A stretch of DNA of 64,000 bases from Promethearchaeota archaeon (GCA_048939015.1 JBHLPW010000008.1:18497-82496); one strand, 5' to 3'; shown: positions 48,461 through 58,951, counted from the first letter of the stretch. Made by a program: numbers and translations. Notes: generated by a model not told the origin, from the sequence alone.

Positions 48461-49939
48461 CTAAATCTCCAAAATTCCATCCCACGCCTTTCTTTCTTTT
48501 TCGAACAATTTATTAGCTGTTTTAATTTCATTTCCGAATATAAGTGTAGTTCTGCTTTTGCTATCATAAGTAGGCCAATTCGGAATACCCTCATGATTCG
48601 GGGTTCCATTATGAGCAAATGACAGCCATGCATCCATCATATTTTCGCATAATTTTTCTGTATTAGATGCATTACCTACTAAAGCTTTCATTCCGGGGTC
48701 TTTAAAAGTATTAAATACAAACGGAAGTTCAAGAGCATGACAAGCACCAAACATTCCATCACTTATAGAAGTCTCCCAAGTAAATAGATAGTTATAAGTA
48801 TTTGGTTGATATTTAGACTGTACTTCAAGAATTTGCAGTGTTGCAACTCGAAACATTAGATCAGTAACAATTGCATCCAACAATTCCTTTGGTTCAATTG
48901 ACAATAATCCTGTTCGTGCTTCTTTATAAGCATCAATGAGATTTCGAGCATTCTCAGAATTTATTCCCATCATACCTAAATAAAGCATTATAGCTTTTTC
49001 ATGACGAATTTTTCTTGTTAGAGGATTCAATGAAGTAAGAAGTTTGGCTTCATGAAGATTAGTTCCCATCATTAAATCAATATTTTTACATTTACCCTCC
49101 TTGAATACTGTTAAAGGATGCACAGGAATTGTCTCACCATCGATTACTGGTCTAAAAGGTAGTGCGCCTGTCTTTGTGATTTCATTTTGAGCTTTTATTA
49201 TATCTTCAGGTGCGATTTCACGTAATGCATTGATATCTCTATTCTTTATCCCTAATGCTTTCATTAAATCTTTAGTAGGTTTTTTTGTATCTTTTGGATC
49301 AATAAAAGGCATACTCTGTGCTATAATTCGGCGATATAAACCATCAGCAGCAGGCATCGCTGTTAAAGTAATAACAGAGTGAGCACCTGCAGACTCTCCA
49401 AAAATCGTAATATTACCTGGATCACCTCCAAATTTAGCAATATTATCATTAACCCATTTTAATGCTAAAATCTGATCTAGCATACCCATATTGGCAGTGA
49501 CACCAGGAATGTAAAGATAACCAAAAGCGCCCAATCGGTAATTTATCGTTACTACCACAACATCTCCACGTAAAGCTAAGTGGGTTCCATCATATGCAGG
49601 AGATCTACCTCCACCAAAAAGGAATCCCCCTCCATGTAGCCAAAACATCACTGGCTTTTTCTTATTATCAATGGCCGGAGTCCATATATTAAGTGTTAAA
49701 CAATCTTCACTTTCAGGTTGAAGTTTCCCAGTTACATCTTCCAATGCGGTATATCCTTGAAAAGCACAAGGTCCAAATTCAGTAGTTTCTAACACTCCAT
49801 CCCAAGGCTTTTTAGCTTGTGGAGGACTAAATCGTAGATCGCCTATGGGGGCCTCGGCAAAGGGAATACCTTTAAAAATGTGCAAACCATCTTCAGTATA
49901 CCCTTTTATTTTTCCACAATTTATTTCTACAACTGTCAT
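48461..49939 (-). CDS. Type B carboxylesterase
   Basis: GIPFA, EDCL.LNIW, HGGG, NYRLG, FGESAG, HALEL; likely start ATG49939 rather than 50068. Confidence 0.92.
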   Translation of the reverse strand: MTVVEINCGKIKGYTEDGLHIFKGIPFAEAPIGDLRFSPPQAKKPWDGVLETTEFGPCAFQGYTALEDVTGKLQPESEDCLTLNIWTPAIDNKKKPVMFWLHGGGFLFGGGRSPAYDGTHLALRGDVVVVTINYRLGAFGYLYIPGVTANMGMLDQILALKWVNDNIAKFGGDPGNITIFGESAGAHSVITLTAMPAADGLYRRIIAQSMPFIDPKDTKKPTKDLMKALGIKNRDINALREIAPEDIIKAQNEITKTGALPFRPVIDGETIPVHPLTVFKEGKCKNIDLMMGTNLHEAKLLTSLNPLTRKIRHEKAIMLYLGMMGINSENARNLIDAYKEARTGLLSIEPKELLDAIVTDLMFRVATLQILEVQSKYQPNTYNYLFTWETSISDGMFGACHALELPFVFNTFKDPGMKALVGNASNTEKLCENMMDAWLSFAHNGTPNHEGIPNWPTYDSKSRTTLIFGNEIKTANKLFEKERKAWDGILEI

Positions 49940-50069
49940 AATTAAATGTAAAATTGTAATAAATATAAAAAATATTTTGATTTTAGAAGAAAGGAAGTTC
50001 ATTTGTGTAAATAACAACTTAATAATAATAAAAAAAATCCATAAATCGGTTAAAGAGCCAAGAAACAAA

Positions 50070-51257
50070 TCATAAACGATTTATTTTTCCATTTTTCATT
50101 ATGTATTTTTCTGTCAATAATTTTGGATTCTTGGCCATGGTCTTCATGACCTGCTTATTAAGATTTTCAGTATTCTCTAAAATATTAAGTGGAGGTTTTT
50201 CCCCTATTGCCATTTGAGCTAATTCAGTAATATAGTATGAATTAATTTTCTTTTCTGTAGCATGTCTAGATAATGTTGCAAGACAACCAGTGCAGATATG
50301 AGCTATTATATCCGCATTTACAACTTCTGCTTCCAAAATCCTCTTCTTTGCTATTTCTGTTGACAACGTTCTGTTTCTTATCATAAGAGGCGCTCCACAA
50401 CAGAGAGATTTCTCTCTATTGTGTTTCATCTCTACAACTTCTGCACCAATAATTTCAAGAAATTCCCTCGGGCCATCATATATTTTTTTATCTAGCATTC
50501 TCCAAGGACATGGATCTTGAAATGTAATTCTTTGATCTATCTTATTTTTGATTTTTAACTTATCTTCATGGTACATTTCAATAAAATAGTCAATAATAGT
50601 TTGACCTTCCACTTTAAATCCATCGATAACTGAAGGATAAATGCCTTTAATCATAATATCACATCCGGGGCAGAATGTGATAAGTTTTTCTGCACCTATC
50701 GCTTTAAATTTCTCTTGTAATTCTAATCCTTTGATCCTTGCTTCATCTTTACCAAAATAAGAATGAGTATAGCCACCACAACAATACTTCATTCCACCTA
50801 TTAACGGTAAGTCTTCCAGTAAACTGGTTTTCGTCAAATCCGGAAAACAGTAGGGAATACCGCATCCAACATAAAACATCTTACTATTTTTTGGAGGATT
50901 TTCGTATTCATTTAAACCTCGTTGTTTTTCCTCTGTGTCAATTTCTAAAGCTATTGACATTAAATTATGAGGAATCTCTTCAGTTATAAGTCCTACACAT
51001 CTAACGCCATTCTCACGATAATCTTTTAATCGTATTTCTCTAATAAGTGAATATGGATTTGACCCCGTGGGACAAATCACATTACAGTAAGAACAACTGG
51101 CACAATTATTCATTATTTTTCGTGAAGTTCTCGTTTCAATCATTTTAGAAATCTCTTTTTTAGCCCTTTCTATCGGTAAATGCAAAAATGGACACTGTTC
51201 AAGACATGTACCACACTGCTGACAAGTTTCTTCATTATACATTTTAATAATCTCCAA
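50070..51257 (-). CDS. Fe-S oxidoreductase with CCG domains (HdrD/GlpC-like), paralogue of 11393-12424
   Basis: CQQCGTCLEQCP, CASCSYCNVICP, YCCGG, CPGC, QDPC, LCCG, CTGC. Confidence 0.85.
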   Translation of the reverse strand: MEIIKMYNEETCQQCGTCLEQCPFLHLPIERAKKEISKMIETRTSRKIMNNCASCSYCNVICPTGSNPYSLIREIRLKDYRENGVRCVGLITEEIPHNLMSIALEIDTEEKQRGLNEYENPPKNSKMFYVGCGIPYCFPDLTKTSLLEDLPLIGGMKYCCGGYTHSYFGKDEARIKGLELQEKFKAIGAEKLITFCPGCDIMIKGIYPSVIDGFKVEGQTIIDYFIEMYHEDKLKIKNKIDQRITFQDPCPWRMLDKKIYDGPREFLEIIGAEVVEMKHNREKSLCCGAPLMIRNRTLSTEIAKKRILEAEVVNADIIAHICTGCLATLSRHATEKKINSYYITELAQMAIGEKPPLNILENTENLNKQVMKTMAKNPKLLTEKYIMKNGKINRL

Positions 51258-51353
51258 GATTTTGAAACTAAATTTTTCGAGTTTATATTATTAAAAAATG
51301 TGATCACTTAATAAAAAATATAAACACACTATTACTTAATAAAAGTTGATTCT

Positions 51354-52112
51354 ATGAAAGAAGAATATAAAATTTTCATAAATAAAGTACCAGTATTAAG
51401 GAATAAAGCGAAAGCTATTCTAACTATATTCTATATTCTGAGTTTGATTTTATTAATGGTTCTTTATTTTTATTATATTGATCCAATCACATGGTTTATG
51501 CCAATTATTACTCAAACACTAATGGTTATAATCGTAATTATCATTTCATATATCCATTTTAATAAAGTAGACGATTATAGAAAAAAATATGGAATGCTAG
51601 CTTATCAACCATATTTTTATCGTTACATTATCCCATACATAGTATCTTGGTATGCTCTTTTTTATCATCCCCTTTTTATTAGCCATACGCCCCTATTTCC
51701 CTTTTTTGTATCCATTTTTATAGCCATTGTCTTATTTGTAATTTTGATCTTTATTACTTTACATATTGAGCGCGCAGGATTTAAACTAATTACTCATGGA
51801 ATGGACATTTATACTGTTTTTCCTGAAGAAACTACTGTCATCCGGGGAGAGATATATGGTTTTATTCGCCACCCTCTCTATCTAACACTCACCGTTGGAT
51901 GTTTTGCTTTATCATTTGTCGCTAATAACATCATCGCTATATCAGCGGCAATAATTCAATTGATTCCTAGTATTATTGTTGGAAAGATGGAAGATAAAGG
52001 TCTAATTAAGAGGGATGGAGAAGCTCATTTAGAGTATATTAATTCTACTGCACTTTTATTTCCATTTAAGAGGATTTTAGGATTTCTTAAACTTTTGTTC
52101 TTCTTTAAATAA
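51354..52112 (+). CDS. ICMT/PEMT-like membrane methyltransferase family protein
   Basis: Multiple TM helices; IYGFIRHPLY; ED..L....G..H..Y. Confidence 0.75.
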   Translation: MKEEYKIFINKVPVLRNKAKAILTIFYILSLILLMVLYFYYIDPITWFMPIITQTLMVIIVIIISYIHFNKVDDYRKKYGMLAYQPYFYRYIIPYIVSWYALFYHPLFISHTPLFPFFVSIFIAIVLFVILIFITLHIERAGFKLITHGMDIYTVFPEETTVIRGEIYGFIRHPLYLTLTVGCFALSFVANNIIAISAAIIQLIPSIIVGKMEDKGLIKRDGEAHLEYINSTALLFPFKRILGFLKLLFFFK

Positions 52113-52286
52113 ACTTTCTTTCTTTTTCAAATATTTTTTATTTAGAGATTAGCAGTTTTAGATTTAATCTTATCAAATTTTTTATTTCTATTGGTATACA
52201 AAAGTTTAAATTCATTATCATTGTATTCTAAGCTTAACTTTTATTTTAATTAATAAGGTTCTTTAGCAAAAATTGATGATTAAAAA

Positions 52287-53504
52287 ATGTCCAAATTTAA
52301 GATTAAAGAGTCAATGATCCATGGCAATATCGAGCCTGGATTTGAAGAAGTAAAGGAGGAATTTATTAATAATTTTAAAAAAGGAGAAGAAGTAGGGGCT
52401 GCGTGTACTGCTTACTATAAAGGTAAGAAGGTTGTAGATTTATGGGGCGGGTATCGCGATGCAAAATCCCGCAGTCCGTGGAAGGAAGATACTTTAGTTC
52501 TTGTTTTTTCCACAACTAAAGGAATTTCTGGATTAGCTTGTGCCCTTGCACATACAAAGGGATATTTTGAATATGATGAAAAAGTCTCAAAATATTGGCC
52601 AAATTTTGCTGAGAATGGTAAAGAAAATATTACAATAAGACAATTACTTTCACATAAAGCAGGATTATGTGCAATAGATGAACCTTTAAATTTAGAAACT
52701 TTAGGTGATCCTGATAAGATGGAGTCTGCAATTGCTAAACAAAAACCATTATGGGAACCTGGAAAATTACATGGATATCATGGTATTACGCTTGGATGGT
52801 ATGAGAGCGAGTTAATTAGAAGAACTGATCCCCAACATCGGACAATTGGCCAATTCTTTCGAGATGAGATTGCAAAACCTCTAGGATTAGAAATTTATAT
52901 AGGATTACCAGATAATATACCAGATGATCGAATAGCGAATATCTATGCTCCAATGTACCGACTTCGAATGATTTTTAACACTAAAAAACTTCCTAAAGAA
53001 TTTGTAAAAGCATTTCTTAAAAAAGGTACTATAACAAATAGAACTTTTGCTAATCCTAAACTCCTGCAAACGGTTAAAAGCTATAATCAGCGTGAATTGC
53101 GTAAGATAGAATTGCCCGCTGCAAATGGGATAGTCCAAGTAAGAGATGTCGCAAAATTATATGGCTTTTTCGCAACTGGTGGAAAAGAATTAAACATTAA
53201 ACAGGAAACTTTGAACGCTCTTATGGAACCAGCCGCTGTTCCAGATTTAGGCCCGTTAGACCAAGTACTTCACCTTAATTCACGTTTCTCTTTAGGATTT
53301 TTAAAGCCTTCACCAGATTTTTCTTTTGGTTCAGATGAAAATGCCTTTGGAACCCCTGGAGCTGGTGGATCCTTTGCATATGCTGATCCTACCAATCAGG
53401 TTGGATTTTGTTATGCCATGAATAAGTCAGGATTTTATTTGGTTGGGGACCCCCGTGAGAAAGTTTTGTCCGATACGTTATTTACATGTATTAAAAATTT
53501 ATAA
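52287..53504 (+). CDS. Serine hydrolase, beta-lactamase-like esterase (family VIII)
   Basis: VDLWGG, FSTTKG (SxxK), LLSHKAGL, GYHG, FGTPGAGGS..YADP. Confidence 0.9.
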   Translation: MSKFKIKESMIHGNIEPGFEEVKEEFINNFKKGEEVGAACTAYYKGKKVVDLWGGYRDAKSRSPWKEDTLVLVFSTTKGISGLACALAHTKGYFEYDEKVSKYWPNFAENGKENITIRQLLSHKAGLCAIDEPLNLETLGDPDKMESAIAKQKPLWEPGKLHGYHGITLGWYESELIRRTDPQHRTIGQFFRDEIAKPLGLEIYIGLPDNIPDDRIANIYAPMYRLRMIFNTKKLPKEFVKAFLKKGTITNRTFANPKLLQTVKSYNQRELRKIELPAANGIVQVRDVAKLYGFFATGGKELNIKQETLNALMEPAAVPDLGPLDQVLHLNSRFSLGFLKPSPDFSFGSDENAFGTPGAGGSFAYADPTNQVGFCYAMNKSGFYLVGDPREKVLSDTLFTCIKNL

Positions 53505-53529
53505 TTTCTTTTTTTATATCATAATTCTT

Positions 53530-53727
53530 TATCATTCAAGTGTTAATATTGGGGATGAAAATTTAATAGAGGGAAATGGGTTGTATTTTGAAGAAATCCA
53601 TATATCCTCTCTTTTTATAGAGACTCCAATAATACCAAGTTATCCGCTCCCCATACTGTTCTCTATTATTGCTTTTTCATCAATAATAATCATTTTTAGA
53701 TATAATCGTGTAAGAACTGAAACTTGA
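53530..53727 (+). pseudogene. Orphan C-terminal fragment of a surface protein (IPSY-TM-basic tail)
   Basis: ...ETPIIPSYPLPILFSIIAFSSIIIIFRYNRVR has no signal peptide or credible start; 5' boundary approximate. Confidence 0.45.
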
Positions 53728-53788
53728 AAAAATTTCTGAATTATAATAGAAAAACTTTGATAATAATCGTTGTTATTTACTTACAATT

Positions 53789-54247
53789 CTATCCTTGTAC
53801 TAATTTGATTCCGAATTCTCTGCACTTTGGAAGGTCTTCATTTGTTATAGGCCCTTTTGAGGGTCCTGTACCTTCAACTTTTATAGATAATCCTGGACTT
53901 GCTTTTTTTAAATCTGGTATCAATTCACCCATCTGTTCCTCCATCTTTTTAACCGCTTTTTCAAAATCAGCTGTGATGTAGGTATCAAATACAGCATAAG
54001 AATTTATTTTTAATTGAGATTTTGGAAGTTTATTGATAAATTTCTTTATTGAGCCTATATGACGACCGAAATGATTCGGTGATCCTATTAAAATTAAATC
54101 ATAGGAAGCTTCTTTTTTAAGATTTACATCTTTTACATTATTAACCATTACTTCATTTCCTTCAACAGAATTGATTCCTTCTGCAATTAATTTGGCTACT
54201 TCTTCAGTATTTCCATACTTTGTAGCATAAACTATTAAAACTTTCAC
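53789..54247 (-). CDS. Flavodoxin-like protein
   Basis: YATKYGNTEEVA, IGSPNH, AVFDT; GAGGTG RBS. Confidence 0.88.
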   Translation of the reverse strand: MKVLIVYATKYGNTEEVAKLIAEGINSVEGNEVMVNNVKDVNLKKEASYDLILIGSPNHFGRHIGSIKKFINKLPKSQLKINSYAVFDTYITADFEKAVKKMEEQMGELIPDLKKASPGLSIKVEGTGPSKGPITNEDLPKCREFGIKLVQG

Positions 54248-54446
54248 TTTAATACACCTCTTTTATTTGGATTTAATATCAAAATTAAACATTTAATAAA
54301 ATATTTTTTAATAGAATCCACGATTTCAAATAAAATCATATTAATTTACTATTTTTTCCCATTTTAAGATAAAATACTATAAATGAGCTAACTTATTACA
54401 ATTTATTAGATATAAATTTAAAAATCAATCTAAGTGTTAAAACTTA

Positions 54447-55022
54447 ATGAAAGTACTTTTACTGAATGGAACGCTCAAGAAAGATTCGGATATTGATGAA
54501 TTATATTCCTCAATACTAGAAGAACTTGAAAAAAAAGGATTCGAAACGGAGTCAATCATATTAAGAGAGACTAGTGTAGCAGCATGTCAAGGTTGTTTTG
54601 ATTGCTGGGTAAAAAGCCCTGGAGAATGCAGAACAGATGATTACGGTCGAGAAATAGCGAAAAAAATGGTTCAGAGTGATTTGATTGTTCATTTTACACC
54701 GATCACTTTCGGGGGATATTCTTCTGAACTGAAAAAAGTTATAGATAGGTTTATCCCAACTATCTTACCCTTCTTTTTGAAGAGGGATGGAGAGACGCAT
54801 CATGAGCATCGCTATGCACGCAGAGCTTCAATTATTGCTGTTGGCTTTTTAGAAGAAGCGGATAATGAGAAAGAATTGACATTTAAAGAATTAATCTATC
54901 GTAATTCAATTAATATGGGTACCCCAATTCACGAAGCAATTGTATACATTAAAAACCAAGATAAATCCGATTTTACAGACAACTTTAACACAATTTTACA
55001 AAAAATTGAGATGATTACATGA
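54447..55022 (+). CDS. Iron-sulfur flavoprotein / NAD(P)H-dependent FMN reductase family
   Basis: CQGCFDCWVKSPGEC, TPITFGGYSSELKKVIDR. Confidence 0.85.
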   Translation: MKVLLLNGTLKKDSDIDELYSSILEELEKKGFETESIILRETSVAACQGCFDCWVKSPGECRTDDYGREIAKKMVQSDLIVHFTPITFGGYSSELKKVIDRFIPTILPFFLKRDGETHHEHRYARRASIIAVGFLEEADNEKELTFKELIYRNSINMGTPIHEAIVYIKNQDKSDFTDNFNTILQKIEMIT

Positions 55023-55705
55023 AACTAGATAAAAAAGCGCTTCTTTTGGTAGGGAGCCCAAAAGGTGAGAAAAGTACATCAGCGTCTTTAGGAGATTATT
55101 TAATCTTAAAATTAAAAAAATTTGGGATGAGTAGCCAAAAATTGTTCATTCATAGGCTTGTTAATCGAGAAGAAAAATTACAGGAGCTTTTTCATATGAT
55201 TGAAAAGGTAGATTGGATAATTCTCACGTTTCCATTATACGTAGATAGCTTGCCAGCTCCCGTGATAAAAGCAATGGAATTAATTCAAGAAAATAGAACA
55301 TATCGAGAAAATAAAAATTCCCCAAATTTGATAACAATAGCAAATAGTGGGTTCCCTGAAGCATCCCAAAATTACACAGCTCTGAAAATTTGTAAAATTT
55401 TCTCTCAAGATTGTGAATTTACATGGAAAGGTGGAGTTGCGGTTGGAGGGGGTGGTGCAATCAACGGTGCTCCTCTATTAGAAAAAGGAGGAATGGTTAG
55501 GAATGTTATTAAGGGTTTAGATATAATTGCTGAAGCCTTAAATGATGATAAGGAAATCCCTCAAGAAGCCGTTGACCTATTAGCGAAAAAGTTTATACCA
55601 ACGTCTCTATATAGAAAATTTGGTAATCTTGGTTGGCGAGCCCAAGCGAAAAAGTATGGTGTAAAACAAAAAATTAGAGATACACCTTATAGCTTAAAGG
55701 ATTGA
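55019..55705 (+). CDS. Flavodoxin-fold NAD(P)H-dependent oxidoreductase
   Basis: GSPKG..STS, FPLYVDSLP, NSGFPE, GGGG; ATGA overlap with the upstream gene. Confidence 0.82.
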   Translation: MKLDKKALLLVGSPKGEKSTSASLGDYLILKLKKFGMSSQKLFIHRLVNREEKLQELFHMIEKVDWIILTFPLYVDSLPAPVIKAMELIQENRTYRENKNSPNLITIANSGFPEASQNYTALKICKIFSQDCEFTWKGGVAVGGGGAINGAPLLEKGGMVRNVIKGLDIIAEALNDDKEIPQEAVDLLAKKFIPTSLYRKFGNLGWRAQAKKYGVKQKIRDTPYSLKD

Positions 55706-55764
55706 TTGCATTCAAAAAAATTGGTAGAATATTGTAGATAAGTTCCGTTTGATTCCAAAAATCA

Positions 55765-55890
55765 TTAATTTATAAATGGAATTGCTAAATTCATAAAATA
55801 GTACATATCCTCGACACAAGAATAATCTTCTGAGCATCTTCTTCCATTATATTCTTCCCCACCAATTGATTCAAAATTTTCATTTTCCAT
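55765..55890 (-). CDS. 41-aa acidic small protein
   Basis: AGGAGGT RBS; MENENFESIGGEEYNGRRCSEDYSCVEDMYYFMNLAIPFIN. Confidence 0.55.
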   Translation of the reverse strand: MENENFESIGGEEYNGRRCSEDYSCVEDMYYFMNLAIPFIN

Positions 55891-56065
55891 TATTTTTTAC
55901 CTCCTATTTTTCTAAATACTTAACAGTATAACAGACATTTTTAAAGTTCGGGTAATATTTAATGGAAAAAAAGAACAAAAAAGATCTAAGATATAAGTGA
56001 AAAATAGAAAACTCTTACAAAATTAAATTTTCTTAGACCTAGCAAAAAACACTAAGTGTGTTCAT

Positions 56066-57016
56066 ATGAAAATGATAAGATTCTTAGAAAAACAAATGCG
56101 TAAAAGAGTATTCAGATCAATGAAAGATTACGTAGAAGAAGGGCAAGAAACCATTAAAGCTTTACCAGAATCTCCAGAATTTGGATTTTTTACATGGTTT
56201 AGAATTTTTCGTGAGAATAATATTGAAATAAAGTATAAGATAGCTATTCGGGCTATGCCTTATGCTATAAGGGCTATCTTAGGCATTCGAAAATCATTCA
56301 AAAGCCTTAAACGCAATCCAAAAACCTCCCGGACTTCAATAACTCCAGAAGAGATACATGAATTTGAAGAATATGCAAAATCCATAGGTGTGGATAAGAT
56401 TGGATATATAAAACTTACACCTGAGCTTATACTTGAACATCAAGAACTCCTATATGATAACGTGATTGTTTTCATAAAGGAAATGGATAAAGATCTTATG
56501 GCTCTCGCACCCCATAAAAAGACTATGGTGATGATAATGAAAACATATTATCAGATGGGTAAACAAGCTAACAAACTGTCCAAATTTTTACGCAAAAAAG
56601 GGTTTAGTGTCCATGCTGGACCTGCTCTCGCAGGATTATCTTTATATCCAGTTCTTGCCCAAAGAGCAAATTTGGGAGCAATTGGGAGACATGGCTTAGT
56701 AATTACACCTGAATTTGGTCCTAGACAACGAATCGCTGTGATCTATACAAATATTACCAATTTGCCTGTGGCACAGTCTAATACTTATGGGTGGATTTCG
56801 GATTTTTGTAAAACTTGCGTGAGTTGTATGGAAGCATGCCCTACAAATGCTATATATGAAACACCAATTCAAAAAGCGCATGGAAGATTAACCCATATTG
56901 ATGTCGGAGAATGTGCGAAGGGATTCCTTACCTACGGTTGTAGCATTTGCATAAAAGAATGCACATTTAATAAAATCCCTTACGATAAGATCAAGAAGAT
57001 AGCTAAACGAGTTTAA
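56066..57016 (+). CDS. Cobalamin/2x[4Fe-4S] reductive dehalogenase / epoxyqueuosine reductase-like protein
   Basis: LAQRANLGAIGRHGLVITPEFGPRQR, FCKTCVSCMEACP.NAI, C...GCSICIKEC. Confidence 0.8.
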   Translation: MKMIRFLEKQMRKRVFRSMKDYVEEGQETIKALPESPEFGFFTWFRIFRENNIEIKYKIAIRAMPYAIRAILGIRKSFKSLKRNPKTSRTSITPEEIHEFEEYAKSIGVDKIGYIKLTPELILEHQELLYDNVIVFIKEMDKDLMALAPHKKTMVMIMKTYYQMGKQANKLSKFLRKKGFSVHAGPALAGLSLYPVLAQRANLGAIGRHGLVITPEFGPRQRIAVIYTNITNLPVAQSNTYGWISDFCKTCVSCMEACPTNAIYETPIQKAHGRLTHIDVGECAKGFLTYGCSICIKECTFNKIPYDKIKKIAKRV

Positions 57017-57053
57017 ATTTAATTCAATTTGAAAAAAAAAAATAAAATATTTA

Positions 57054-57242
57054 TTATTTCTTACTCTGTTTGCGTATCACAACTATAAAAAAGATTACAA
57101 ACAGCACTGATGAGATTTTATGAATTGCATATAAAATTTCATAAATTATTCCTTCGAGTAAAATTGCTGACGCCCCACCAGTGAATAAGGAAATTATCAA
57201 TAAAATAATGATAATCAACATCCAGTTTGAGTCATTTCTCAT
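57054..57242 (-). CDS. Small 2-TM membrane protein
   Basis: GAGGT RBS; two hydrophobic helices with a His (AIHKISS); follows the EFR1 gene. Confidence 0.6.
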   Translation of the reverse strand: MRNDSNWMLIIIILLIISLFTGGASAILLEGIIYEILYAIHKISSVLFVIFFIVVIRKQSKK

Positions 57243-57261
57243 TGAATAGCTACCTCATATA

Positions 57262-58170
57262 TTATTGACTTTTGATCAATATCATATCTGACAACTTTAC
57301 ATGCGGATGATGGTAATGTACTGCATATTCAACGACTTTTCCATAAATTGAATTATTAGGACACCAAGTGAAGCACGCAAAGCAATTTTCACAATGATTT
57401 TGCCAGACTGGTCGACTATTAACCAATTTTATATTATTAACTGGACAGATTTGAACACAAATACCGCATCCATTACAGTTCTTGTTGTACCGAAAGCTTT
57501 TATCTGAAAGTAGAATCATTTCTTTAAACGGAATATTATTCGATTCTGATAGACTTTTATATCGCTTGTTAAAAACAGGCTTTATAAGTAAACGGAGGAG
57601 TGGAGCGTATATTAGTTTAGTCAATCTTTTACGTGTTTCCAGTTTCCCTCGTTTTCTTTGATTTATATAATTAGATATGTATTCTAACTTGATTTTCCAC
57701 TTAGATAATAATTTTTTATGCCTTGCTTCTGCTTTTGATCTGTTTTCATCTTTAAAATCCTTCCTAAGGAAGATTTTTTTTAACTTTTCTCCAAGTAATG
57801 GTGCATTATTATAGGTCTTTACAGAAAATCCACCTGCTAAAATACCACCACGAGACTTTATGACCTTGGCTACTCTTTCCATAGTAGTTCCAGGCATTCC
57901 ACTATGAGTACATACTGCAAATACATACTGTGAACTTCTAATCTTTATTTTATTGAGAAATCGTTCAACGATAAGAGGGATACCACTATTCAAATTCGTA
58001 GCAAAATAAACAGGAAAGACTATTCCTACGATATCTCCCTTGATTTCAATAGATTTTTTGCTTATAAGTGGTGCTATCGGAATTAGTTTTGCCCTTAACT
58101 TTTCTGCCATATCACTCGCAACTACTAATGAATTTCCTGTACCTGTAAAATAGTATATTTCTATATTCAT
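57262..58170 (-). CDS. EFR1-type flavodoxin/ferredoxin fusion
   Basis: YFTGTGNSL, VFPVY, CNGCGICVQICP, CENCFACFTWCP, YHHP. Confidence 0.9.
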   Translation of the reverse strand: MNIEIYYFTGTGNSLVVASDMAEKLRAKLIPIAPLISKKSIEIKGDIVGIVFPVYFATNLNSGIPLIVERFLNKIKIRSSQYVFAVCTHSGMPGTTMERVAKVIKSRGGILAGGFSVKTYNNAPLLGEKLKKIFLRKDFKDENRSKAEARHKKLLSKWKIKLEYISNYINQRKRGKLETRKRLTKLIYAPLLRLLIKPVFNKRYKSLSESNNIPFKEMILLSDKSFRYNKNCNGCGICVQICPVNNIKLVNSRPVWQNHCENCFACFTWCPNNSIYGKVVEYAVHYHHPHVKLSDMILIKSQ

Positions 58171-58182
58171 TTCATTTTCCCC

Positions 58183-58866
58183 CTATTTTTGAAACCTATT
58201 TTTCTTTACCATATCAAGAATGAATTTGATATGATCAGAAAGCTTCGTGTTAAGTGTGTCAATTACATCATTATAGTTAGACTCATCATAATTAAGGATA
58301 AATCCTTCGAAAAATAGGTAGATACAATAATTAAAGAATTCATGTGCTAATACTTTAGCATCATATTCTATGATATACCCAATATCCATCATTTTTTGGA
58401 AGACACTGGTCCAAAGTACATAGGATGGCTCTATAAATTGGTTTTTAAAAAAATCTAAGAATTTATCATTTTGGTATAATTCAATCCACATTAGTCGTAA
58501 TATTTTACGAAGGGTAGGGGCTTTTAATTGTTCTATCATTGGTCGTATTGCATTATCTAAAAGAATTTCAGGTTCATATTTTTCCAGCAGCTGATCTAAG
58601 GGTACTGGTGTTGAGCTAGATTTAGTTTCTTCTATAAGATAGCTAATGATGGAATCCATGATATCCTCTTTTCCTTTATAATGGCTATAGATTGAGCTTT
58701 CGTGAATATTAACTAGACGGGCTATATCCCGTACTGAAACAGCATTATACCCTTTTAGTGAAAATAAGTCAATTGCTACGTCTCGAATCTTTTCTTTAGT
58801 GCCTTTTGTTTCTTCTTCTGTTCCTTTTTTCCTTGGTTCCTTTACCATATCCTTCACTTTTTCCAT
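58183..58866 (-). CDS. TetR/AcrR family transcriptional regulator
   Basis: TKEKI...AIDLFS.KGY..VSVRDIA..V.I..SSIYSHYKGKEDI. Confidence 0.93.
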   Translation of the reverse strand: MEKVKDMVKEPRKKGTEEETKGTKEKIRDVAIDLFSLKGYNAVSVRDIARLVNIHESSIYSHYKGKEDIMDSIISYLIEETKSSSTPVPLDQLLEKYEPEILLDNAIRPMIEQLKAPTLRKILRLMWIELYQNDKFLDFFKNQFIEPSYVLWTSVFQKMMDIGYIIEYDAKVLAHEFFNYCIYLFFEGFILNYDESNYNDVIDTLNTKLSDHIKFILDMVKKNRFQK

Positions 58867-58881
58867 TTTCGTTTTGATGAA

Positions 58882-58951
58882 ACGAAAGTATTTCGTATCT
58901 AATAATTTAAAATTAATTTAAGTATTTAAACTTAACCAACAAACGTTTGTT
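58882..58951. promoter_or_regulatory. Palindromes upstream of tetR (probable autoregulatory operators)
   Basis: AACAAACGTTTGTT (58938-58951, perfect) just upstream of a minus-strand TTTAAATA; ACGAAA-gta-TTTCGT (58882-58896). Confidence 0.6.

Noticed and set aside
49940-50068. Apparent hydrophobic N-terminal signal on the carboxylesterase
   Set aside because: It comes from an A-rich intergenic or terminator tract; family similarity begins at ATG49939
57054-57242. Small membrane gene as rdhB anchor
   Set aside because: It is on the opposite strand in the TetR-EFR1 unit, has only two helices, and the Rdh-like protein has no Tat signal
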